Assembly (NCBI RefSeq): GCF_032116555.1
Contig: NZ_CP134949.1
Coordinates: 558,001-622,000 of the forward strand
Direction: 5' to 3'
DNA length: 64,000 bases
Source: Halorarum halobium
Lineage (GTDB): Archaea; Halobacteriota; Halobacteria; Halobacteriales; Haloferacaceae
Position 1 is the stretch's first letter; each line of letters begins with the position of its first letter. Shown here piece by piece: positions 20,313 through 30,629 of this stretch. The notes below the pieces were generated by a model. That model had not been told where the DNA came from. It saw only the letters and a program-made list of their open reading frames with translations, and searched no databases. The position numbers and the translations under genes are program-made.

Positions 20313-20660
20313 TCAGGCCGCGTCGGCGGCGGTGCCGTCGGCAGCCTCGGCGGCGTCGGGCGGGACGCCGCGCGTCGCGTCGACGGTGACCGCCGAGACG
20401 CCGAAGGCGTCCTCGAAGTCGGCGGCCAGCGCCGCCGGCTCGTCGGGCAAGTCGGCGTCCAGCGCGAGCGTGGTCTCGACCTCGACGGTGAGGTCGTTCA
20501 GGCCGGGCTGGAGGCCGCACAGCTCGAGCGACTCCACGGCGCGGACGCCGTCGAGGCGGGCGAGCTTCGTTTCGACGCCCGCGGCGAGGTCGCCGGGGGC
20601 GGCACGGGACACCGCGACTGTCATGCTGGCATCGGCCAGTCGGGCCAGTTGGACCGACAT
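20313..20660 (-). CDS. Hypothetical protein
   Basis: Acidic ORF with haloarchaeal codon usage from ATG 20660; GLQPGLNDLTV segment. Confidence 0.6.
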   Translation of the reverse strand: MSVQLARLADASMTVAVSRAAPGDLAAGVETKLARLDGVRAVESLELCGLQPGLNDLTVEVETTLALDADLPDEPAALAADFEDAFGVSAVTVDATRGVPPDAAEAADGTAADAA

Positions 20661-20843
20661 AGGCTCCCCGCGCGAGTCGAACGCGCGTCGGGCCACTCCG
20701 CGTGGGTGCGGTTCGTGCACCCCGATGCGGTTCCGTGGGAGTGGCCGCGGGAACGTGGACGTCGCCGGGACGATGACCCGAACGGTAGGAAGGACAGGGA
20801 GAGTCCGCCTCCGTTCGGGCGTTCGCCCGAAGCGTCGTCGCGT

Positions 20844-20990
20844 TCACGCGGCGATGGAGGCGGACCGTACGTCGAACCGGAGTCCGTCCGCGTTCCCCTT
20901 CGGATTCGCCATCGGGGAATCGGACCGCCACTCGCCATAGCCGGCACTGGTCGCGTGAGCGAGCGTGCCGGTGGTGGTAGTGGCGGTCAT
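20844..20990 (-). CDS. Possible 48-aa small protein or leader peptide
   Basis: MTATTTTGTLAHATSAGYGE...LRFDVRSASIAA; TTAAGT TATA-like box about 50 nt upstream on the minus strand. Confidence 0.4.
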   Translation of the reverse strand: MTATTTTGTLAHATSAGYGEWRSDSPMANPKGNADGLRFDVRSASIAA

Positions 20991-21126
20991 CGGAGTCCGG
21001 CCGACTTGCGTCGGTACCTGCCACGTTCGTGGGTGTTCACTTAACGATTCTCCCGCCGTGTTGCGGTGTGGCATGGGTTCGAGTGTGGGTCTGTGGTGGA
21101 TTTCCTTCCGCCGGGAGTACGGCTAC

Positions 21127-21617
21127 CTCGAAAGCCCCCGCGGCTGTCGGCTCGGGGGACCACGCCTGCGCTCCTCGCGCTCGCTTCGCTCGCGCTGTCG
21201 TTCGAAAATCGAAGATTTTCGTGATGCTGTCGGATTCCGACGGAATCCGACCGCTGACGGGGAACCGTCGGTTTCCCGTACTGACGAAAGACGCCCTGGC
21301 GTCTTTCGAACCACGAGGGTGCGTTCCGAGGAGCTCGCTCCGAGGTAAGACGAGCATCGCAGGCCAGCGAGCGGAGCGACCGAGGCGAGAAGCACAGGAG
21401 GCTGGGGAGGGAGAGGTGCGGTGCGGTGCCGTGCGGTGGGTGGGACTGAAAGGGGCCGCGGCGTTCACGGGCGCTTGCGCCCGTGAATTCGGGAGAGCGT
21501 GCTCTCCCGTAAGTCGACGCGGGCGCGGACCGACAAGCACCGCAGCCGAACGAGCGAAGCGAGTGAGGCGAGGAGCACAGCGGCCGCACCGAGTCGAGCG
21601 CCGCGGGGGCTTTCGAG
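21127..21617. repeat. Palindromic modular repeat, fused inverted pair with nested cassettes (copy 5)
   Basis: Inverted termini CTCGAAAGCCCCCGCGGC / GCCGCGGGGGCTTTCGAG; cassettes at 21198-21313 (containing 21227-21283) and 21464-21512. Confidence 0.9.
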
Positions 21618-21682
21618 GTGTTCGCGTCGCCGAAAACCCTTCCACCGAACTCGAAACTCCGGGAAACCGAAACGAACCGACG

Positions 21683-22548
<866 letters not shown>

Positions 22549-22552
<4 letters not shown>

Positions 22553-23694
22553 TGGTTCACCTCCTCGGCGTTCGCGACCGCACGCTGGACGGCGTCCTCC
22601 AGCGTCGATTCGACCTGCACCAGGTCGGTGTTCAGGATCTCCATCCCCTCCTCGGCGTTCGTGCCAGCGAGGCGGACGACGACCGGCTTCGGGATCTCGT
22701 CGAACTGCTCGAGCGCCTCGTTGATCCCCTTGGCGACCTCGTCGCCGCGGGTGATGCCCCCGAAGATGTTGAACACGACCGAGTCGACGTTCTCGTCGGC
22801 GAACACCATGTCGAGCGCGTTCGCCACGCGCTCGGCCTTCGCGCCGCCGCCGATGTCGAGGAAGTTCGCGGGCGACCCGCCGTAGTGGTCCACGAGGTCG
22901 AGCGTCGTCATCACCAGGCCCGCGCCGTTGCCGATGATGCCGACGTTGCCCGAGAGGCGGACGTAGTCGAAGCCGTACTCGTTCGCCTTCGCCTCGAGGT
23001 CGTCCTCGGCGGCCTCCTCCTCCATCTCGGCCAGTTCGGGCTGGCGGAACAGCGCGTCCTCGTCGATGTTCATCACCGCGTCGGCCGCGACGACCTCGCG
23101 GTCGGCGGTGATCATGACGGGGTTGATCTCGATGTCCGCGGCGTCCTTCGCCTCGTAGAGATCGTAGAGCGTCGAGACGATGGAGGCGACGTCGCCGGCG
23201 ACGTCGCGCGGGATTCCGGCCTCGTAGACGACCTTCCGGGCCTGGTACGGGTGGAGCCCGAACGCGGGGTCGACGTGCTCGCGTGCGATGGCCTCCGGGG
23301 TCTCGGCGGCCACCTCCTCGATGTCGACGCCGCCCTCGGTCGACACCATGGCGACTGGCTCGCCCTCGCCGCGGTCCATCGTGATGCCGACGTACAGCTC
23401 GTTCTCGAAGTCGACGCCGGCCTCGACGAGGACCTTCTCGACCGTGTAGCCCTTCAGGTCCATGCCGAGGATGTCCTCGGCTGCCTCGCGCGCCTCGGCC
23501 TCGCTGGTCGCGATCTTGATCCCGCCGGCCTTGCCACGTCCCCCGACGTGTACCTGCGCCTTGATGGCGGCCGGGTAGCCGATCTCCGCGACCGCGTCCA
23601 CGACCTCCTCGACGGTGGACGCGAGCCGCGAGTCCGGGGTCGGAATCCCGGCGTCGGCGAAGACCTCCTTCGCCTGATACTCGTGAAGTTTCAT
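22549..23694 (-). CDS. sucC: Succinyl-CoA synthetase beta subunit
   Basis: [41 protein letters not shown]. Confidence 0.98.
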
Positions 23695-23802
23695 CCGTTT
23701 CGAAACCGGGTCCTCGCGCGCTTAAATCCCGACGATTCGGTCACGTGCTGCCGCGGCAGCGCGGTCGATTACGGGGGGAGCCGTCACCCCAGCTCCGACC
23801 CG

Positions 23803-24096
23803 CTACTCCGTTCCGAGCGACGCCCGGACGTGGCCGGCCGCCGCGACGACGAGGCCGAACAGCGCGAGGAGGTACGCGAGCGCGAACGTCGGGTCGAGCG
23901 TCCTGGCGTTACAGCCGTTCGAGTAGAACACGCGCGGCGGCCAGACCTGCACGCCCTGGAGGACGTACTCGGAGAGCGACCGCTGGCCGGGACAGAACGC
24001 CTCGGTGGTGGCGAGAACCGGGTCGAGCACCAGCAGCACCGTTCCGACGAACAGCGCGGCCGCGAACGTCGTGAACCCGACCCGTCGGAGGGACAT
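23803..24096 (-). CDS. Small hypothetical membrane protein
   Basis: ATG 24096; two hydrophobic segments flanking a loop with two Cys. Confidence 0.55.
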   Translation of the reverse strand: MSLRRVGFTTFAAALFVGTVLLVLDPVLATTEAFCPGQRSLSEYVLQGVQVWPPRVFYSNGCNARTLDPTFALAYLLALFGLVVAAAGHVRASLGTE

Positions 24097-24186
24097 GAGA
24101 CGCCCGTCTCGCGCACGGGAAATCAGTCCGTCGGTCCACCTCGCCTCGGCGGCCGGTTTTATGCCCGCTCCGCGGGAGGAGTGACC

Positions 24187-25152
24187 ATGCGCGCAGTCCG
24201 CTTTCACGAGCACGGCGACGAATCGGTGCTGGGGGTCGACGAGGTGGACCGACCGGATCCGGGTCCCGACGAGGTGCTCGTCGAGGTTGCCTCGGCCGGC
24301 GTCAACCCGGTGGACACGTACTTCCGCGAGGGGTCGTACACGCCGTACGCACTGCCCGCGGTTCCGGGCGTCGACGCCGCCGGCAAGGCGGTCGAAGTCG
24401 GCGAGGGAGTCGAGGGGATCGCCGAGGGGGACCTCGTGTACGCGACGGGGCTGAGCATGGCGATGCCCGGCGGCTACGCGGAGTACGTCGCGGTGCCGAC
24501 GGACCGTCTCGCGGTGCTCCCGGACGACGCGGACCTCCGGGCGGCCGGCGGCGCGGGCGTCGCCGCCGTCACGGCCTGGCGGGCGCTGATCGAGCACGCG
24601 GACCTCCGCCCCGCCGAGACCGCGCTGATCCACGGCGGCTCGGGCGGCGTCGGCCACGCCGCGGTCCAGGTCGCGGCGGCGACCGGCGCGCGGGTCCTCA
24701 CCACCGCCTCGCCGGCGTACCACGACCGGCTCCACGAACTCGGCGCGGACGCGGCGTTCGACTACGACCGCGACGACCTCGCGGACGCGGTGACGGACGC
24801 GACCGACGGCGACGGCGTCGACGTCGTCCTCGACCACCGGCTCGACGACTACCTCCAGTTCGACGCCGACGTCGCCGCCCACGGCGCCCGCGTCGTCGGC
24901 ATCGGCGAGAACGAGCAGGCGATCGGGTTCGACAGTTCGGCCGGCGCCCGTTCGAAGGACCTGCGGCTCCAGCTCATGTCGATGTTCAACACGCCGAGCC
25001 TCGCGGACGCGCTGGCCGAGCTGGCGACGCTCTGGGAGGCGGGCGACCTGACGGTCGAGGTGGATCGGAGCTACGACCTCGCGGAGGCGGGCGAGGCCCA
25101 GCGGGACGTGATGGCCGACAGCTTCCTCGGAAAGCTGGTCATCGAACCGTAG
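24187..25152 (+). CDS. NADPH:quinone reductase (MDR family)
   Basis: AGVNPVD, GGYAEY, IHGGSGGVG, GKLVI. Confidence 0.9.
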   Translation: MRAVRFHEHGDESVLGVDEVDRPDPGPDEVLVEVASAGVNPVDTYFREGSYTPYALPAVPGVDAAGKAVEVGEGVEGIAEGDLVYATGLSMAMPGGYAEYVAVPTDRLAVLPDDADLRAAGGAGVAAVTAWRALIEHADLRPAETALIHGGSGGVGHAAVQVAAATGARVLTTASPAYHDRLHELGADAAFDYDRDDLADAVTDATDGDGVDVVLDHRLDDYLQFDADVAAHGARVVGIGENEQAIGFDSSAGARSKDLRLQLMSMFNTPSLADALAELATLWEAGDLTVEVDRSYDLAEAGEAQRDVMADSFLGKLVIEP

Positions 25153-25231
25153 CCGGTTCGGAACCGTTCGCGGGGCGTCGGAGCGGCCCACCGACGGTAC
25201 CTTTGTGGTCGGTCGCGCCGAACCACGCCCC

Positions 25232-25936
25232 ATGCACGCCGAGTTCGACTTCACGGATCGAGTCGCGCTGGTCACCGGCGCCTGCGGCGCGCTCGGCAGC
25301 GCCGTCGCGGAGGCGTTCGCCGACGCCGGCGCGACGGTCGCGGCCTGTGACGTGATCGACGTCGACGACGAGGACAGCCTGCTCGACCCCGGCGAGGACA
25401 CGACGTTCCACCGGGCGGACTTCACCGACGAGGCCGAGGTCGAGGCGACGATCGAGGACGTGATCGACCGACACGGTCGCCTCGACTGCCTGTTGAACGT
25501 CGCGGGCACCTGGCGCGGCGGCGATCCGGTCGGCGAGACGGACGGCGACCAGTTCGGGATGCTGTTCGACGTGAACCTGAAGACGGCGTTCCTCGCGACC
25601 AAGCACGCGCTGCCGCACCTCCGGGAGACGGAGGGGTCGATGGTGGCGGTGTCGGCCCGATCCGGGCTGGAGGGCGGCGAGGGCGACGCGCTCTACCGGG
25701 CGAGCAAGGCCGGCGTGCGCATCTTCACCGAGTCGGTCGCCGAGGAGAACCTGGGAACGGTACGTGCGAACTGCGTCATGCCGTCGGTGCTCGACACGCC
25801 GACGAACCGCGAGATGATGGAGTACAGCGACGAGTGGGTAAAGCCCGCGGAGGTGGCGCGGGTGATGCTGTTCCTCTGTTCGGACGCCGCGACGCCGACG
25901 AGCGGGGCCGCCGTTCCCGTGTACGGCGAGGCGTGA
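25232..25936 (+). CDS. SDR-family oxidoreductase
   Basis: TGACGALG, NVAG, YRASK. Confidence 0.9.
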   Translation: MHAEFDFTDRVALVTGACGALGSAVAEAFADAGATVAACDVIDVDDEDSLLDPGEDTTFHRADFTDEAEVEATIEDVIDRHGRLDCLLNVAGTWRGGDPVGETDGDQFGMLFDVNLKTAFLATKHALPHLRETEGSMVAVSARSGLEGGEGDALYRASKAGVRIFTESVAEENLGTVRANCVMPSVLDTPTNREMMEYSDEWVKPAEVARVMLFLCSDAATPTSGAAVPVYGEA

Positions 25937-26127
25937 TCGCTAGCCGGCCGACCGGAGGCGAGGCCACCGATAGCGATCGCGTCTCGTTCGAAGCGTAGGT
26001 GCCAGCCGGCCGAACGGAGGTGAGGCCATCGCTTACACCTACGCTTCAGAGAGGCGTGACCCGAACCCTGCGAGCGGATGCGAGCCCCCGGTCGGAGTCA
26101 GGCTTCAGAGAGGTGTGATCGCTGGCT
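25928..26127 (+). repeat. Tandem array of about 60-bp hairpins (three full, one partial)
   Basis: Units start GARGYGT at 25928, 25990, 26051 and 26109; self-complementary stems; shared GGCCGA.CGGAGG.GAGGCC core in units 1-2. Confidence 0.65.
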
Positions 26128-26137
26128 GCCCACCCTG

Positions 26138-26635
26138 CTACCGTGAGGATTCGGTCTCGCGCCGTCGCGTCCGGGACCCCTCCCGACGGTCGGGTCCGGG
26201 TCGTCGGTCGTCGGCGTCGAACAGCGCGTCGAGCCGTTTCTCGAACTCCTCGCGCGAGATCTCGCCCTTCGCGTAGCGGCGCTTCAGCGTCGCCTCGGCG
26301 TTCTCGGCGGCCTCCCGGCGCACGTCGAACGACCGCTCCTGCTCGGGGTACGCGTCGGGCGACTCCACGTTCCCGATGAGCGAGAGGTAGACGGGCCAGA
26401 GGCAGACGACGCCGAGGAGGAGACTGAACGGCGACGCGAGCAGGAAGAGCAGTCCCATGAGGAAGACGAGAAGCGAGGTCGGCCCGCCGAGCATGGCGAA
26501 GCCGCCGATGAACAGAACCGGCGCGAGGGCGAGCATCGGAAGCCCGAGCAGTACTCTGCCGAGCAGGCCGTCGGGGGTGTAGTGTTCGAGGAGGCGATGG
26601 AGGCGTCGTGGGGTGGAGGCGTCGGGACCGGACAT
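26138..26635 (-). CDS. SHOCT-domain membrane protein
   Basis: LKRRYAKGEISREEFEKR motif after TM segments. Confidence 0.85.
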   Translation of the reverse strand: MSGPDASTPRRLHRLLEHYTPDGLLGRVLLGLPMLALAPVLFIGGFAMLGGPTSLLVFLMGLLFLLASPFSLLLGVVCLWPVYLSLIGNVESPDAYPEQERSFDVRREAAENAEATLKRRYAKGEISREEFEKRLDALFDADDRRPGPDRREGSRTRRRETESSR

Positions 26636-26698
26636 GATTCGAGAGTGTCAGACCGAGCGGCAAAGCCGTTCCGGTCCAGCCGCTGTCACGAGTCGGGC

Positions 26699-26845
26699 TC
26701 AGTTCTTCTTCGCGCGAACCGTCTTCCCGCGACGAACCATGTCCTCACAGTGCGGGCACGCCCGGGGGCTGGTGATCCCCTCGGGTTCGAACACCTTGAC
26801 GTACCGTTCCGTGACGAACGACTCGCAGTTCTGGCAGGTAGGCAT
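26699..26845 (-). CDS. 48-aa CxxC/CPxC zinc-finger microprotein (absent from the ORF track)
   Basis: Manual translation MPTCQNCESFVTERYVKVFEPEGITSPRACPHCEDMVRRGKTVRAKKN*; GGAGGTG SD-like site and TTTAT upstream. Confidence 0.85.
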   Translation of the reverse strand: MPTCQNCESFVTERYVKVFEPEGITSPRACPHCEDMVRRGKTVRAKKN

Positions 26846-27082
26846 ACCACCTCCGCGGGCCGACCCGGATAAACCGTTTGTGGTCCACGGCGGGGGTGTG
26901 ACGAAGTTGCTTGGGGACCGTTCGCACGACGAGTACGGGTCGTGACTGGCGGATCTATCACTGACGTTTCACTCCCGACCCGGTGGCGCCCCGATCGGCC
27001 GGCTCGGCGATCGCCGCCGGGCACACGGTCGAACGATCGCCCCGTCCCAAGGTCTATGCGAGCCCTCGCCGTTGCCGATGGC

Positions 27083-28150
27083 GTGAACGCAATCGACGCT
27101 CGCAACGTCGAGTTGACGTACGCCGACGGGACGGAGGCGGTCGAGGACGTGACCCTCGAGATCCCCGAGGGCGAGTTCTTCGGCTTCCTCGGCGCGAACG
27201 GCGCGGGAAAGACGACGACGATCAAGACGCTTGTCACGCTCCTGAAACCGACCGGCGGGGCGATCACGGTCAACGGCTACGACGTGGTCTCGGAGTCGCG
27301 CTCGGTCCGGGAGTCGATCGGCTACATGGCCCAGGAGACGAGCATCGACCCGGAGCTCACCGCGCGCGAGAACGTCCGGTTCGCCTGCGAGGCGTACGGC
27401 GTCCCCGCCGGACGGCGCGCCGACCGCATCGACGAACTGCTCGAACTGGTCGATCTCGCCGACGTCGCCGACAAGCAGGCGAAGGACTTCTCGGGCGGCA
27501 TGAAAAAGCGGCTCGACGTCGCGACAGCGCTTGCCCACGAGCCGCCGATCGTATTCCTCGACGAGCCGACGACCGGTCTCGACCCGAAGGCGCGCAACCG
27601 CCTCTGGGAGTACTTCGAGCGCATCAACGACGAGGGGACGACCGTGTTCCTCACGACCCAGTACCTCGAGGAAGCCGATCACCTCTGTGACCGAATCAGC
27701 GTCATCAGGGACGGCCGGATCGTCGCCTCCGGCTCCCCCGCGGAACTCAAGTCCCGGGTCGGGGGCGACGTCCTCGAGGTCACCCTCGCCGACCCCGACG
27801 AGGACTCGATCGAGCGCGCACGCGAGGTCGCGCGCGAGTCGGGGCTCTTCGACGCCGGGGAGCCCGTCGAGCCGATCGAGCAGGGGATCAGCGTTACGTC
27901 GGGCGACGCGAGGCGGCTGGGCACCGACCTGCTCGTCGCGCTGCGGGACGCGGGCTTTACCGTCACCGGGTTCAACGTCCGGAGCCCGACGCTCGACGAC
28001 GTGTTCCTGGCCGTCACCGACGAGGGGCTCGGCGACGACGGCAGCGGTCCCGACGACGGCGGTCCGGATGACGAGGGAGCGGCCGACCCTGCCGGCGAGG
28101 GATCGACGGGGGACTCGTCCGCGGAGACGGCCACGGAGGCAACGAAATGA
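27083..28150 (+). CDS. ABC exporter ATP-binding protein (DrrA-like)
   Basis: GANGAGKTT, FSGGMKKRL, FLDEPTTGLDP; start uncertain (GTG 27083 or ATG 27056). Confidence 0.92.
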   Translation: MNAIDARNVELTYADGTEAVEDVTLEIPEGEFFGFLGANGAGKTTTIKTLVTLLKPTGGAITVNGYDVVSESRSVRESIGYMAQETSIDPELTARENVRFACEAYGVPAGRRADRIDELLELVDLADVADKQAKDFSGGMKKRLDVATALAHEPPIVFLDEPTTGLDPKARNRLWEYFERINDEGTTVFLTTQYLEEADHLCDRISVIRDGRIVASGSPAELKSRVGGDVLEVTLADPDEDSIERAREVARESGLFDAGEPVEPIEQGISVTSGDARRLGTDLLVALRDAGFTVTGFNVRSPTLDDVFLAVTDEGLGDDGSGPDDGGPDDEGAADPAGEGSTGDSSAETATEATK

Positions 28151-29040
28151 GCGCCGGGACCGGAGGCGGTCGGACGGCACCCGGGACCGGGTTCCTCTCG
28201 GACACGTGGGTGAACCTGAAACGCTGGGTGCTGAAGACGACGCGGAACCCGTTCGTGATGACGGTCTCGCTGCTGAACCCGGTCATCTTCCTCGTCCTCT
28301 TCACCGAGGTGTTCGGCCAGATCACCGGCGCCGCCATCGGGCGGAGCCTCGGCGCGGACGTGAGCTACGTCACCTACCTCGTCCCCGCCATCGTCATCCA
28401 GGTGGCGCTCATCGCCGCGACGACGTCGGGCATCGGGCTGGTCGACGACATCGAGAACGGGATGTTCGAGAAGGTGCTCGTCTCACCGATGCACCGCGGC
28501 GCGGTGTTCCTCGGCAAGTCGCTCTCGGAGGTGCTGCGGGTCGTCGTCCAGATCTGTATCATCCTCACGCTCGGCTACGTGCTCCTCTGGTTCGACACCG
28601 GCGCGAGCCCCGGCGAGTACGTCGCCACCGGCCTCGCCGGCGCGGTCGGCATCGTCGCGGTCGGCATCGTCTTCTCCGTCTGGTTCACGGCGTTCTCGAA
28701 CATCACGGCGCTTTTGACCCGCGACCAGGAGTCGACCATCATCGCGGTGAACCTGCTCCAGTTCCCGCTGCTGTTCCTCTCGAGCGCGTTCCTCCCGCTC
28801 GACATCCTCCCGGGGTGGGTCCGGACGGTCGCCGCCCTCAACCCGATCACGTACGGCGTCGACGCCGCGCGGGCGCTGATGTTCGGGCAGGACGTCATGA
28901 CCGTCATCGAGGTCACCGTCTTCGGCGGGATGTGGAACACGCTCGTCCCGGCGCTCGCCGTGCTCGGCGCGCTCGACCTGGTGCTCGGCGCGGTCGCCGT
29001 CTACTTCCTGAACCGGGCGTCGAGTTCCGAGGTCGCGTAG
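28147..29040 (+). CDS. ABC-2 type permease (DrrB-like)
   Basis: FLSSAFLP..LPGW...NPITYGVDAAR; six TM segments; ATGA overlap. Confidence 0.92.
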   Translation: MSAGTGGGRTAPGTGFLSDTWVNLKRWVLKTTRNPFVMTVSLLNPVIFLVLFTEVFGQITGAAIGRSLGADVSYVTYLVPAIVIQVALIAATTSGIGLVDDIENGMFEKVLVSPMHRGAVFLGKSLSEVLRVVVQICIILTLGYVLLWFDTGASPGEYVATGLAGAVGIVAVGIVFSVWFTAFSNITALLTRDQESTIIAVNLLQFPLLFLSSAFLPLDILPGWVRTVAALNPITYGVDAARALMFGQDVMTVIEVTVFGGMWNTLVPALAVLGALDLVLGAVAVYFLNRASSSEVA

Positions 29041-29043
29041 GGT

Positions 29044-29961
29044 TCAGCGGCGAAGCGTCGCCACCGTCTCCCCGTCGCGCTCGGCCAGTTCGACCAGCCC
29101 GTCGTCGGCCAGATCACTGAGCAACCCGCGGAGCCACTCCTCCCCGGTGTCGCCGCCGTAATCGACGCGGACGCGGGGTCCCAGTTCCGAGAGCGCGAGC
29201 GCGTCGTGTTCGCCGAGCGTCCCCACGACCCGGCCGCGGAACTGCCGCCTGCTCCCCTCGAAACTCGGCTGTTCGGGCACGTCGGGAGCGGTGAAGTCGC
29301 CCGTCTCGTAGGCGTGACACCAGCGCCGCCACGGACAGCCCGCCTCGTCACAGCGCGGGGTCCCGCCGCACGCGACCCCGCCGAGTTCCATGACGGCGTT
29401 GTTCCAGACGCGCGACTCGCCCTCGGGCATGAGAAACGTCGCGGCCTCCTCGAACGCCGCGTCGTCGTCGGGGACGCCGAACGCGCGGTGGAGCACGCGC
29501 TTTACGTTCGTGTCCACCACGGCGTCGCCGGCGTTGAACGCGAACGAGGCGACCGCGTTCGCGGTGTACGGGCCGACGCCCATCAGCTCCTGCAGTTCGT
29601 CGGGCGATTCGGGGAACTCGCCGTCGTACTCCGAAACGACTTGCCCGGCAGCCTCGTGGAGGTACTTCGCGCGGTTGTTGTAGCCGAGCGAGTGGTCCGA
29701 CCAGAACGCCACGACGTCGCCCCGGTCGGCGGCCGCGAGGTCGTCGACCGCGGGCCAGCGGTCGAGGAAGTCGGCGTAGGCTTGCTCGACCCGCGAGAGC
29801 TGCGTCTGCTGGCTCATCACCTCCGAGACGAGGATGCGGTACGGATCGTCGGTCCGCCGCCACGGGAACGCGCGGTGGTCGGCCTCGTACCACGACACCA
29901 GCGCCTCGCGGACGGCGTCCGGGTCCGCGTCGGCGGCCAGTTCCGGGAGGCGCTCGCTCAT
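29044..29961 (-). CDS. mutY: A/G-specific adenine glycosylase
   Basis: PWRRTDDPYRILVSEVMSQQTQ, LGYNNRA, GVGPYTA, VVDTNVKRV, four-Cys cluster. Confidence 0.92.
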   Translation of the reverse strand: MSERLPELAADADPDAVREALVSWYEADHRAFPWRRTDDPYRILVSEVMSQQTQLSRVEQAYADFLDRWPAVDDLAAADRGDVVAFWSDHSLGYNNRAKYLHEAAGQVVSEYDGEFPESPDELQELMGVGPYTANAVASFAFNAGDAVVDTNVKRVLHRAFGVPDDDAAFEEAATFLMPEGESRVWNNAVMELGGVACGGTPRCDEAGCPWRRWCHAYETGDFTAPDVPEQPSFEGSRRQFRGRVVGTLGEHDALALSELGPRVRVDYGGDTGEEWLRGLLSDLADDGLVELAERDGETVATLRR

Positions 29962-30118
29962 CGTGGGAGCCTGGGGGGAGCGGGCGTTTATGGCTCCCGG
30001 TTGTCCGGCGTGACGAGCGTCGGGCCGGGGTCGCGCCGCGGCCCCGGACGTGTCGTCGCCCGGACACCCCGCGGACCAGCACGGAAGACTTACAACCGTC
30101 ACCCGGTTTCCCCCGCCC

Positions 30119-30271
30119 GTGTCCCGCTCCGCAGTGACCCTCGGTGCCGGCGTCGGCGTCGTCGCGGTCCCGCTCTCGCTCGTGGCCGGGTCGTCGTTCG
30201 GCGCGACGGCCGCCGTCGCCGCCATCGCCCTGATGGGAACGGCCGTCGCGGCCGCCATCAAGACGGCGTAG
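30119..30271 (+). CDS. Possible 50-aa hydrophobic small protein
   Basis: GTG 30119; two hydrophobic stretches; CTTACAA TATA-like box upstream. Confidence 0.4.
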   Translation: MSRSAVTLGAGVGVVAVPLSLVAGSSFGATAAVAAIALMGTAVAAAIKTA

Positions 30272-30308
30272 CGTAACTGGTATCCCGCGCTCGACCCTCG
30301 CGCTCCAC

Positions 30309-30629
30309 ATGGGACTCGACGACCTCGAGGACGCCGTCGGCGACGCCTACGCCGACCTGGACGAGGAGACGACCGTGGAACTCGACCGACAGAGTCGCAA
30401 CGAACTCGCGCTGCTGGCGGCCGCCTTCGACGCCGACCGCGACGAACTGGTCCGGCGCGGCATCCACGCGCTGTTCCGGCAGACGGTCGACACCGCGGAC
30501 CTGGATTTCAACCTGCGCGAGGGGTTCGACGTCACCTACGACGAGTATCTCGCGGGGATGACCTACGACGAGATGACCGGGCAGGACCAGTACCCGCAGC
30601 GCGACGACGAGCGACGGTACCAGATGTAG
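30309..30629 (+). CDS. Conserved haloarchaeal hypothetical protein
   Basis: Acidic 106-aa ORF, LDFNLR...VTYDEYLAGMTYDEM. Confidence 0.75.
   Translation: MGLDDLEDAVGDAYADLDEETTVELDRQSRNELALLAAAFDADRDELVRRGIHALFRQTVDTADLDFNLREGFDVTYDEYLAGMTYDEMTGQDQYPQRDDERRYQM

Noticed and set aside
20844..20870. C-terminal SIAA resembling a tmRNA tag
   Set aside because: Only a few residues are similar, there are no tRNA-like ends, and tmRNA is not a known haloarchaeal feature.
25928..26127. CRISPR mini-array
   Set aside because: The period is CRISPR-like, but there are no identical repeats with unique spacers, each unit is a self-contained hairpin, and no cas genes are present.
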